The notes beneath the pieces were generated by a model that worked only from the letters and a program-made list of their open reading frames with translations, was not told the DNA's origin and ran no database searches. DNA of 63,908 nt, filler included, from Lenisia limosa (Eukaryota > Protista > Breviatea), in the NCBI GenBank assembly GCA_001655205.1. It is 10 parts of 10 records of this genome, joined end to end, with 100 filler letters (N's around TTAATTAATTAA, not from the genome) between each part and the next. Parts side by side here need not be neighbours in the genome. Positions count along the whole stretch, not along the records: positions 1 to 5,367 come from LPNZ01003677.1; positions 5,468 to 28,984 come from LPNZ01010349.1; 8 more parts are not named here. One strand, 5' to 3'. Positions 1-11,500 of this stretch are shown here, piece after piece. Position numbers and translations under genes: made by a program. Within the stretch, counting starts at the first letter, position 1, and each line of letters opens with the position of its first letter.

Positions 1-60
1 CGCTACCCTCCACCATGTCTATGCCGCTACCCTCCACCATGTCTATGCCGCTACCCTCCA
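1..60. repeat. 24-bp minisatellite, 2.5 copies
   Basis: cgctaccctccaccatgtctatgc repeated. Confidence 0.85.
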
Positions 61-101
61 TCCCCCTACCATAACAACTTTACCCCCACAGACACACACA
101 C

Positions 102-3100
102 CATGATAGGGGAACAGGCCACTCCTCCAAGGCCTTCGCAGCCTGGCTGTATGCCCGCGACGAAAACTGGTTACGTGCTTGAAAGGTGAGTTGTTGTGGC
201 GTGACGGTCTCAATATTCGAACAAACCGAAGAAGCAGTGATATCATATGACTGGGCTTCACATCGGTTCGAAAAAAGACTGGATTTATCGATAAATCCTC
301 GAAAACTATCGATATTTTACAGATCTTTTTTTAAGATAAGTGGAGGATTTGATGTGATAAGTGGAGGATTTGATGTTGTAAATTCCAATAATATTCCCCC
401 GCTCACTTATCACCTCGCGCTGAATCGCTTGAAGTTTGAGCTTCTCCGCTATGAGTCTGTTAATGTCTGAATCAACGTCCGTTGCATTTCCTTGGGAAGT
501 TAGTTGGACTAAGTTTGGTTAAAAGGCCAAATTCTGGTAAAGGATGAAAGAACTGAAATAGCGACCCCCCCCCCCACCTTCGTCTAGTTCATTCAATCGC
601 GAGGCCATGAGATCGATTTCTTTCGCAATATCGCGACGCATTGCGATACGCTTCTTCCTACCACTCCATCCTAGTCATGTTAGCCTCTACCCTGGTGCTA
701 GAACACGCTGCTGATCTTCAATGGTATTATCTTTATGAAAATAGGAATGGGCAAAGGGCAATAAAAAATTAGACAAGATCAGGAATAAACGAGTGAAATA
801 TACCCCAATTATTTGCCTTTTAACTATGTTGACACAGATTCCCCTCCTCTCAGACAACACAAACGTAACCATGGTAAGTATTCCGATTTAATCCTTCGAA
901 AATAATCAGTCAAGACTTAACGCAGCCAGTGTCTAAAGACCCCTTGTCGCACCTTTTGCCTTGGCAGCCTCCTGATATTCGTCCTCATCACTGCTCACAA
1001 CCCTGGCAAAAAGACGGTCATCGGTGTTTTGTTCAGGTTCCACTTCAGAGGCTTTGGAGAGTGTAGCATTGTTTTCTGTGGGAGGGTAGCATTTGATGTG
1101 GTAAGAGAATAAATAAACCCTACACAATCGTGTTATTAATGTCATTAATGCACCAACACATCCGTTGTGTCCGAAAATATGAAAGATTGTAGTTCGACCC
1201 TAGACGTGAGTAGCAATCCCATCCCCGACTTAGCTCAATAAGAATACCATATTCTTGATATGATATTGAAAAATTTACTCCCACCAACCAGAGTTCGAAT
1301 CAGTCAGAGCAGGCGTGCCAGCACAACACGCAAACTTGACGCGCTGAGCCAGAGCTCTGTCAATGCAGCGGTCCCAATTAAGCACGGCATCTTGCGTCCG
1401 CGCCAATCGGATGACAACACTACGCAGTCGGCCGCGAACTTCCGACAAACTCTCCTTAGCCGGTGTGGAGAGCGGCGATGAGAAAAACGGCGATAAATAA
1501 GGGCCGGCAACGGTGGAGGGTAGAACCGGGCTTTCGCCTGAGAGTTGGAGTAGTTTTGCCTGTTGCTTTTGGGCTGGGTTGTGGGCAAACGGAACCGGGA
1601 CGTGAACGGAATTAGATTGGGGGGACTGCAACAGGAAAGACTGGGTTGAAAGCTGGCTGGGAAGTAAAAGGGGTGCAGCTCAAATTCCATTACACTTCAC
1701 GTAATTTGATAATAACATATATTCTAAATAGAATACACTTTGAGTGCAAAATTGCAAATTTATGAAATTAAAAGCAGTCCAAAATCAACTCTATTGGCTA
1801 GCAATACACGAGGGTTGATAACAGGAAAACAAACAAAGCCCGGGCCAGTCGCTTCAGTAGTGGGGGGTGGGGGCATATTCATCCACGTATGACCACTAAG
1901 ACCTATCGACTTATATCTCAATAATCACACTACTGAATGAGACATGACACACAGTGATACCCCTTACCCGCATACACCATCACGCTTAAGGAAAAAAAGG
2001 AAATATGGAAAAATTGAAAAAGACTATCACACTTGATAATTTGCCCTCAGACCTCGGGCTGAGAGAGAGGGACTTATCGGTTCCCTGGCTTATAGGCCTG
2101 TCATATGTAGCCGGTCGTTTAGGGGGAGGCGTCACCAACGTTGACGCCTTTGCTGAATACAATGAAAACTTCTATGCATGTTGACTATGACCCCCCCCCC
2201 CCCNNNNNNNNNNNNNNNNNNNNNNNNNNNNNNNNNNNNNNNNNNNNNNNNNNNNNNNNNNNNNNNNNNNNNNNNNNNNNNNNNNNNNNNNNNNNNNTTG
2301 ATTAAATATTTTGGGTTGAAGCAAACCCATCACTACTGAATACGACGCTATCCAAGACATACCTGAGGAAGTAACGAGCGGAGAGATAGGTCTTTTTACC
2401 GCGTGTTTAATTGGGGAAATGAAGTTGACCGCGTTGCCCGCACTTGTTTGCCTGATAAACGCCTTCACATTGGGTTGTGGAAGGGACGTTTTTGATTGAG
2501 AAGCTTCGAGTGGTGGTGGTTGTTTTTGTTGAGGACTGGGTTTCTTGTTGGCTTCTTCTAGGGCTATGGAGGTGAGCATTTTCCCAGATGCTGTCCCATA
2601 TCTGCAAATAATATGAAAGACTTTGGAGGTGAAATGATGAACGAAGATAATACAAGGGTTTACTGGTTTACTGGGATGTGTCTGTCCATTTCCACATGAT
2701 TAGATGCAATGAGATAGTTTGCACGAGGGAAACTGATCAAAAGTGGAATGATTTGAGAAAGGCAAATGAGGCTTAGAGGCTATCAATATCGCTTATCAAA
2801 TTATATTTTGATGACGAGTGTTCAAACCAACTTGATCCTTTCTTGGCACTGCTAGTAGCAGTTCTCTCAAGGTCGGCCTTTTTAGCATCAGGCTTTACGG
2901 GGTCCTTTTCAGGGGCAGAAGCTAATCATAGTAAAACACACGCGAATAAAGAGAGTTTCAAGGTGTGGGAAAGTCCCTTTGTTCAAATTAGCAGTCGAAT
3001 TAATATGTTCCTCGATTATCATCGATAGTATTCTGTTCTTTTTCAGACAAAGAACAGTACCCCCCACCCCAATACAATTGAGGATATAGAGGCTCTTGTT

Positions 3101-5172
3101 GGCAGTTTTGGGGGACTTAAACACCCCGAATAGCCAGTTGGCTCTCACCACAGTAACACCAGGGGGGATTGGCCTGAGGAATAAAAACAAGCAAATAAAA
3201 TGATCCATTGAAAACGATGATGTTGGTGGAAGTAAAATGATCCATTGAAAGCAATGCAAAATAGTCGCATGCCCAGCAGACAGTTTAAAGTACTCCTGGA
3301 AGCTTGAAAAGGAATCCAGAAAAGTGATGATGTGGTCACCCCCTGATAGCCCGACGGCAGACACAAGGACGGTGGCGCCCCTCTTCACGCTTTGGTCCTG
3401 GGACATAAGGTCTTCGTTTCACCTGGTCATAAAAGAATAATGCGACAGATTACAAGTTCAGAAACTCTCAGGAGACACCTTCTTGGACACCGGGCCCAAA
3501 AACACTAAACTTCATATCGTGATTTAACATAGCCCTTCTAACAGATATAATCTTGACTTGCTTCTGGGAAGCCCCTGAATAATAACAACGAGTAAAAATG
3601 CTTGTTGTATATGAATTATTGGAGTAGAAACGAATTTTCCTCTCGGGAAAATATAGATATATATACACAAGCGGATTAGGCAACTGAACCTCGGAGGAGT
3701 ATATGATATTGTATATACTAAAGTACATAGGCTATATATATATAATATATATATCGATATATATTGAACATAATCACATTCCTATTGAACTCCATACTCC
3801 AAAGCAAACCTTGGGGAAAGATAAAGAGCCGCAGCCCTGACAGCGGACCTATTCCATGGTAAAAAGGGAAGATTTAAAGAAGGAAGGTTCTGTGTTAACG
3901 TGGAAACGGAAATAAATAAAGGTAGTTTCTGCCGAAGCCATCCACACCAACCACACCATCACTTATAGAGATATTGGATAAAAGGAAGAATAGGAAAGCG
4001 TGATTGAAACAGGTAGATCAGAGAGGTAGAAGTGCTTTCTGAAAAGTGCTCAAGGCCACCATCACACACATGGAAACATAAGCATGAATAGCATGAGAAG
4101 AAGAGGAGAAGAGCCATCTAACAGAGCTAGACAGGATCACCTCACAAACTAACCTGCCATTCCGCCTTATGCCTGATCATAGGTCTTCTTTGTCATCGAC
4201 TATCTAACAAACTACACTGATACACAGCTGGCTTGAATATACCTTAACAGAATCTAAATCAACACTCCCACTTTGCTGTGTTCACACCTGCAATGCACCT
4301 GTTTCAATTTTTGCTTTTTTTTGAGGANNNNNNNNNNNNNNNNNNNNNNNNNNNNNNNNNNNNNNNNNNNNNNNNNNNNNNNNNNNNNNNNNNNNNNNNN
4401 NNNNNNNNNNNNNNNNNNNNNNNNNNNNNNNNNNNNNNNNNNNNNNNNNNNNNNNNNNNNNNNNNNNNNNNNNNNGAAGCTGTGTGGAAAGCCGATTTTG
4501 TATGAGACAATAAGACGTTCGGAAACTCTCCAAAATGTGCCAATCTGACAATTCTTAGATAAGTAATGTGTTTTTACCTGGAATGGTAGAAACAGCAATA
4601 AATAAACGAACAAATAAACAGTAATACAACAGTAAATGCAGACAAGAAACATATGCGAACGCTCAATAAGGGCTCCCAGAGGCTACTGGCTGAGGACACA
4701 GCAGGTTCGACTGGGGACATAGAGCTGGGGGAGGGAGGGTAAAATTGGAAAATCAAATCAACTCTTTCGGCTGACAACACACAAGGGTTGATAACAACAA
4801 AACAAAAAAAAGCCCAGGCCGGTCGCTTCTGCAATACGCATGGGAGGGGGGGGGGAGTAAACATGAGCAATTGAATCAAATCAACTTAGAGAGAGAGGGT
4901 AAGGGGAAATATAAGGCAGGTTTATTGTTTGTGTTGAGTTTCAGAATATTAGGTTCGTGATTAGAACCTTCACGCCAATGTTCTCTTCATCGAACGAAAC
5001 TTCCTTCGCCCACACCCCACTATGACACTTCCTTCGCCCACACCCCACCATGACACGTGCCGGTCTGTTGCACCAGGGGTCATTGAGCGAGGGCAGAGGC
5101 GGACAATTGGCAGTTGTCAGGTTCTCATGACCGCCATACTTCTTCTCGTCTGACGAGAGACGAAGGTGCCAG
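102..5172 (-). CDS. Multi-exon gene, uncharacterised protein with a probable BRCT domain, Ser/Pro-rich linker and C-terminal coiled coil; runs off the window start, 5' end not found
   Basis: Phase-compatible GT-AG exons near the 3' end: VYLFSYHIKC...ATR (~945-1118), DNTIEDQQRVLAPG, KKRIAMRRDIAKEIDLMASRLNELDE, GNATDVDSDINRLIAEKLKLQAIQRE, FSSRAYSQAAKALEEWPVPLS (ends 102). Exons at ~3070-3590 read KFSVFGPG...KRGATVLV...DHIITF...IPPGVTVVRANWLFGVFK, matching the BRCT pattern (F..G, Gg.v, H.i, vV...Wl). Some internal phases unresolved. Confidence 0.55.
253..333. mobile_element. MITE family A, partial copy (CTTCACTTCGG subfamily)
   Basis: gggcttcacatcggttcgaaaaaagactgga...tatcgataaatcctcgaaaactatcgatatttt matches the other copies; right TIR missing. 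Confidence 0.7.
1781..1872 (-). repeat. Intronic dispersed repeat family B, copy 1
   Basis: Minus strand reads gaagcgactggcccgggctttgtttg...gttatcaaccctcgtgtattgctagccaatagagttgattt, similar to copies at 4751, 22650 and 37070. Confidence 0.8.
4751..4856 (-). repeat. Intronic dispersed repeat family B, copy 2
   Basis: Minus strand gcagaagcgaccggcctgggcttttt...gttatcaacccttgtgtgttgtcagccgaaagagttgatttg. Confidence 0.85.
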
Positions 5173-5223
5173 CTGGAAGTGTAAAGTCAGATTAGCAAAA
5201 TTACTGTTTTTCATGATATGCCT

Positions 5224-5292
5224 AGGGCTTCCCTACAGTCCAAAAAATGACTGAATTTTCAAAAAAAAATCTCGATAAATAAGGGAAGCCCA
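5224..5292. mobile_element. MITE family A, internally deleted copy with ~8-bp TSD
   Basis: TIRs agggcttccct / agggaagccca flanked by atatgcct and atatgccc. Confidence 0.8.
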
Positions 5293-5367
5293 ATATGCCC
5301 TAATTGAATGAGGAATGACGGGGGGGAGGGGGGAGACAAAAAAAAACTTTTATGAGAGCCAAAGGTT

Positions 5368-5467
5368 NNNNNNNNNNNNNNNNNNNNNNNNNNNNNNNNN
5401 NNNNNNNNNNNTTAATTAATTAANNNNNNNNNNNNNNNNNNNNNNNNNNNNNNNNNNNNNNNNNNNN
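5368..5467. other. Artificial contig join (44 N + TTAATTAATTAA + 44 N); same spacer at 28985-29084, 35842-35941, 39357-39456, 40842-40941, 50061-50160, 51204-51303, 59550-59649, 61656-61755
   Basis: Identical 100-bp layout nine times; the 12-mer gives stops in all six frames, a typical assembly spacer. Confidence 0.95.
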
Positions 5468-8465
5468 TCTACGGGGTGTCGGAGGTGCCTGTAGGAGAGC
5501 TGCTGTCCATTTTCCCGGACATGTGTGTGCCAGCGCTTTACGAGAAGTACCGAACTGCCGACCCATCTCGCCTTGTCAACGACACGGTGGGACTTACATT
5601 CTCAAAACTGCCTTTAATCAAATCGATACTTCATCCACGTGGATGAAACGACAGATGCCATATTTGTAATTAATAATGCCATATTTGTAATTAATGATAC
5701 CATATTATTACCATATTTTGAAGCCTTATGGAGGGACTCTTCAAAGGCTGGCTCGGACTTGTTTTTGTTTTTGTGTTTTTGTCATCTGGCATTTGTCTAG
5801 TTTTAGCGTTGGTTGCTCGTGTTTGTTTTATGCTTTTTTTTTTTTTTGTTTGGAGNNNNNNNNNNNNNNNNNNNNNNNNNNNNNNNNNNNNNNNNNNNNN
5901 NNNNNNNNNNNNNNNNNNNNNNNNNNNNNNNNNNNNNNNNNNNNNNNNNNNNNNNNNNNNNNNNNNNNNNNNNNNNNNNNNNNNNNNNNNNNNCCTCGGG
6001 CTACATTTGGGTCTATTCAGACTCACCAAGCTACCAAGTACCCTGATATTAATGACTACCCGCCCGCCAAATGCGAACATAAGCAGTTCTCAGCCCTGCA
6101 TCTCAAGTCTTTAAGCCAGCATCAGAGTGGGCGGTAATGCTTCTTTTTATCCTAACACCCTGCTTGTGTCTCACAAACACCCTGTTCCTTGCCTTACCAT
6201 GTTTGGTTGTTCTTTGCCTTACCATGTGTAGTTGTTCTTTGCCTTACCATGTGTAGTTGTTCTTTGCCTTACCATGTGTAGTGGTTCTTTGCCTTACCAT
6301 GTGTAGTTGTTTTCCTTTCTGAGGTGTTTGTCACGTTTTCTGAAGTTTGGAGTGACGTGAGCGGGAAACTCCATGATCCTGCCTCCAAATAATTGATACA
6401 ACATTGGAGACGCCTTTTTACTAACACTCACCCTTAGAAATGGACAGCCACCCACTGGACCGTTATGGTGCCTTACATGCTTAGTATCATCTCCGTCATG
6501 AGCCNNNNNNNNNNNNNNNNNNNNNNNNNNNNNNNNNNNNNNNNNNNNNNNNNNNNNNNNNNNNNNNNNNNNNNNNNNNNNNNNNNNNNNNNNNNNNNNN
6601 NNNGGTTTTGTTGGTGCGAACCCTTCAGAGACTCATTGATACCAGTGGGAGTGGTAACGTTGTGTGAAAGGGCTAATGTTAAACCCTTCGTCTGACTTGG
6701 TAGTGCCGACAGAGCTGAACCGGGTGAGTTGTTTGGTTCTCATGAGCCCGGCCGCGACGTACTACCTCAAATACCCCCAGCACCTGGTGTCTGCGATATG
6801 TCAGTCGTTCAACGTGGGGGGGGGGGGTGGCTTCGGTTGTNNNNNNNNNNNNNNNNNNNNNNNNNNNNNNNNNNNNNNNNNNNNNNNNNNNNNGTACACT
6901 CTTGCTAATATCTGCTGCTGATATTTCAGACAACGCATCTTCTCCGCAACAAAACCGGGCCCTGCCTTGTGCAGCTGGTGTCGCTATTGGCCGTCTATGA
7001 CAATGCACATGTGGGTCACGGGGTAGCTAGGCCTCTAGACTCCCTAAATACTACAGATATCCTCGTTAAGTATCGATGTCTTTTTGGGCTGTGTTTTGAT
7101 CTTGATCGACATGTTCCGTTGCTATAACGGCGGCCATATGCGAATGTGAAGCTGAGAGCCTGAGGTTCAGTTTTGACCTTGTAGGGAGGCGTACTGCAAC
7201 CGTCTGAAATTGCTCCGGCTGACTTCTTCGTCCGGCCCGAGCTTCAGGACGACGAATGCGCCCAGGTCCATAGTGATAAGGTGAGGCATGATGATAATGC
7301 AAAGTGGGAATATAGTGTTGCATTTGCTGACTTTCTAGATCATAGATCTCTTGAAGGGCATCACCTTATCAGACTCGATCAAGGACTTTATGAAGGTATG
7401 CTAGTCCTTGAACCTTCATATTATACATACGCCAGTGAAGAATAGTGCCTCATTACGCCAGGACTTTGGAGAGTCTGAATCGCTCTCTCAACTCATTGAA
7501 GACTCGGTGCCCGTGCCTCTCCCTACCATCCCATCAACAAGTGAGGCAACGTCTCACCTAAATAATGACCTCTATTTTCTGACCCCATACCCTATACTGA
7601 GTAACAAGGCACAGGGGGTTAACCAAGCGGGTTTATTTCTTTTTTCCAGGATTTCACTTTGATCTGTTTGATCAACTAATACCTTCAGTCATCCCCCCCG
7701 TCCCCATTGCCGCCGTACCCCAGCAGCCCCAACGAAGCGCTCTTGGCATGGGGCTTAAGTCCTGTCTTGCTGGCCAGGCTTCCCAGGTAGGTCTTGTGTG
7801 TCGTATTATTTCGGTTATGAGCTTCATTTGACTACTTTTGTTGACAGACACTTATAGACATTTGGAAGCCCAATATTGGTCAATCTGACGTTTGCAGAAA
7901 GTTGTGCACTCGTCCAATGGCTCGTCAGTAACTGTCAACCACGCCATCCCGGGGTTTGGCATTGACGATGATCAGTCCTCCGTGGGGCGGTATAGAGGAT
8001 AATCGAACAGTATTAACATAACAACTATCTTCATTTGCATCGTATACAGTACATGTAACCAAAGACAGTACATATTGTATGCATTGTGTATTATCCTCCC
8101 TGATTCCTATCCGATTTACCCTCCCAGTCCGAAACTGAAGTTGAAACTGAAGATGTTGGTTGAGGGATGTTGGTGGTGGTGTTGATGGTCGTTCACGCTC
8201 TGACCTTTGTAGGAGGAGGCACCTCCCCTCCATCACGTCTCTGGGGTCAGGCATATGGTATGTGGCGTAGGGCTTGTGGTCACATTTTGGGGGATTGAAT
8301 CGTAGCCTTTCTCATTGCTACCCTTTTTACAATCGCAGACACCTGAGAGGGTTCACCAAATGCGGGTAGAGGAAGTGAGTCGCTGAATCATTTATTTTCT
8401 CGCATACTCAACATTGACTCACTATTCAGCCCTCAGACGAGGATGTGGAGGTCATGCAAATTTAA
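5468..8465 (+). CDS. Multi-exon gene fragment, unknown protein (5'-truncated at contig join)
   Basis: GT-AG bounded exons with plausible peptides: YGVSEVPVGELLSIFPDMCVPALYEKYRTADPSRLVNDT, GGVLQPSEIAPADFFVRPELQDDECAQVHSDK, IIDLLKGITLSDSIKDFMK, DFGESESLSQLIEDSVPVPLPTIPST, last exon PSDEDVEVMQI*. No family recognised; end uncertain. Confidence 0.5.
6186..6312. repeat. 25-bp intronic minisatellite, 5 copies
   Basis: gccttaccatgtgtagttgttcttt at 6191, 6216, 6241, 6266, 6291. Confidence 0.9.
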
Positions 8466-8572
8466 GGTTTTCGTTTTTCTTATTCATTTAATGTAAAGTC
8501 TATTCTACTACTATCACCCAAACCCTTTCAATGCGATTACCTCAAAACAATACATCAGCACCAAAAGAGCAA

Positions 8573-11500
8573 TTAGTCGCTCTCCTCTCCACTACTCTCC
8601 TCGCTGCTCTCCTCCTCACTCGATTCTGATAGTCAGACAAAGCATTGGATATCCAAACGTTCTTGTCCATACTGTAACAAACATCGTATCGCTTACCCTC
8701 AGAGTCTGACTCCTCCTCCGCTTCTTTCAACCATGTCAGGAAAGCAGATGCCTGTATCATAAACCATATCAAACAGATCTGCTGCCCCTCCCTGCAGGAA
8801 ATATCCCAAGTTCACCCCCCTCCCCCCCACTTGGTGGAACAACTCGAGATCTTCGGGATCATTATCTTCCTGAATTTCAGCCCAAGCCAAAATGGACTCC
8901 TCGGACTGACAGGGGTAAAGGAGGCAAGATATTCCCAAACAATACGAAAGAAAAACAACTACCTACGAAGATATCAGCCTCATAGAACAACTGGAGGAAT
9001 TTGGTGAAGTGCGGCGTGAGAGTGGGGAGACGTAGGCACTCCTCTTCCACGGATATGATAAGGTCGGGCTGGGTGGGTGAGAATACAATACAACCATGAT
9101 TTTCTTCGTGCCTAGCCCACCAACCCCCCNNNNNNNNNNNNNNNNNNNNNNNNNNNNNNNNNNNNNNNNNNNNNNNNNNNNNNNNNNNNNNNNNNNNNNN
9201 NNNNNNNNNNNNNNNNNNNNNNNNNNNNNNNNNNNNNNNNNNNNNNNNNNNNNNNNNNNNNNNNNNNNTTGTGAGGGTGAGTTGTATGGCTTTGGTCCGA
9301 CCCCCGTCAACATATTTGAAGCCCATTTTCGAACCAAATGTCCGTGGTGAATAAAGGAGGCAAATGCAAAATATCGGGACACTATTTGAAGAAAAGTCTT
9401 TGTACCTGCCCCCCCCCCCCCCNNNNNNNNNNNNNNNNNNNNNNNNNNNNNNNNNNNNNNNNNNNNNNNNNNNNNNNNNNNNNNNNNNNNNNNNNNNNNN
9501 NNNNNNNNNNNNNNNNNNNNNNNNNNNNNCACAAACAGCATGGTCTCAAGAATGGCAGCTCTGAAGGGGTAAGGAACATGGGCTCAAACAATATAAGGTC
9601 TCCCCCTTACGCAGCTTCAGCAAAAGTGGCGTCAAACGTCAAACGGAGGGAATTCAGCTCAGTAACCAAGTTTGTAATGGAAACCTGGGGGGTCAGTGAG
9701 GGATGGCTAGATTACCTCCTCATCAAGACCTCTGATAATCGTGTTTCGGGCTTCTGATGTGAATGCTAAATAGTAAGAAAAGACCCCCTTTTCTTTGGAC
9801 AAGCGTCTCATTTCAGCACAACATTAACATCCCGAAGAAGGCCCACTTTCTTCCTCCATATCATCATCATCTTCGAGGTCGCTGTCGTCGCTCCTGTCCC
9901 CATCTCCCCAGGTCACCTCCATTCCTGGATCATCAGCAAAGCAGTAAATATCGAGTTCGTATTTCTAACTCGGCCGCATACCGAACATCCTCAATGGCTC
10001 GGCATCCTCATTCTCCTCCGACCAACTGCGACCAACGCCGTCAACACCCACGATACTAGGGTCTGAGGGGTCAAATACACGATACTAGGGTCTGAGGGGT
10101 CAAATACANNNNNNNNNNNNNNNNNNNNNNNNNNNNNNNNNNNNNNNNNNNNNNNNNNNNNNNNNNNNNNNNNNNNNNNNNNNNNNNNATACACGATACT
10201 CGGGTCTGAGGGGTCAAATACACGATACTAGGGTCTGAGGGGTCAACCGTACTCCCCCCGCGCACCATTGGTTGCTTCACCAAAACCGTCCAGATCTGCG
10301 GTGATCCGCGACCCCTCAGGCAACACAACGTCAGCTGCTATCGTGACCTGCTATGTGAGAAGAGTACTTCGGGTCATTCTTAGCATATTTACCAAGTGCG
10401 GCTTCCTTACTGTCCGAAAAAGCCTGGATCAAACATTTATCCAGGCTAATTGAGAAAACCAATCTCTTCGGACAGGAGGGAAGAAATAGTGAAAAGCCAT
10501 GGCAAAACCACCTCCCACATTAGGTCCCAAAATTGCGTTTTTGATGACAGTGTTGCGGCCGATTGAGGCGTTGCTACCGATGAAACTGTTCTCAATGACA
10601 GCCCCGTCATCTGCAGTTTGTGTTGATTAGATATCATAATATGTCAATTTGCCATAGGTATACGAATGACACCTTGTAAAAGCCCCACCAATAGATACGG
10701 AGGTACCAAGACATGTTGCAGTGAGTTTGACATTGGGACCGATCGAGCACTGTCTTCCAACACACTGCAATCGATGAGAAAGTGCGACGACACTTGAGCA
10801 ATAGTTGCCATCCCTCCTCACGGTGTACTTCAGGATACTGCCATTTTCCACAACCGAATGGGAACCGAGAATACTCCGGACACCACAGCATGTTGTTCTA
10901 CATTCATGAATATGGTTTATGAATCTGGTCATGTTGTTCTGCATTCATGAATCTGGTCATGTTATTCTGCATTCATGAATAAGGTCATGTTGTTGTACTG
11001 CACACAGGATCTTACCTTGGTAATATGACATTCTCCTCCCTCAGGATGGAGCCCGACGTTTTGAACTCCGTTGTACCGCAGAAGTTGCTTTCCAGGGTAA
11101 TGGGATAGGCCCACCTGCCAACCACCTGCCGTCTGTGTGTGGTCAAATGGGAGGGGGGGGGGGGGNNNNNNNNNNNNNNNNNNNNNNNNNNNNNNNNNNN
11201 NNNNNNNNNNNNNNNNNNNNNNNNNNNNNNNNNNNNNNNNNNNNNNNNNNNNNNNNNAGGGTTAATCAAGAAATTCAGACAATTCTGAAGGAATAAATAA
11301 AATATCAATTGATTGCATTGAGGTTTATGGAAGAAAGTAGCACCCTTGCCCCACGTGGTGACTTCGTGAGTATGAGGGGTAGTAACGGCAGCCATAAATC
11401 CCTCTTCCAAAACATGGGCAAAGAGCTGATGACCTAGAAGCTGTCAAACGCCACCAGCAAAACCCCATCATTGGTCCCTCACGGACCTAAAACTTCGGAG

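Noticed and set aside
861-880. accATGgtaagt as a plus-strand start exon
   Set aside because: It lies in an intron of the minus-strand gene whose flanking exons join in phase, and no plus-strand continuation was found.
5412-5423. TTAATTAATTAA palindrome recurring nine times
   Set aside because: Always centred in 44 N + 44 N; an artificial six-frame-stop spacer, not a biological motif. Adjacency across these joins is not guaranteed.
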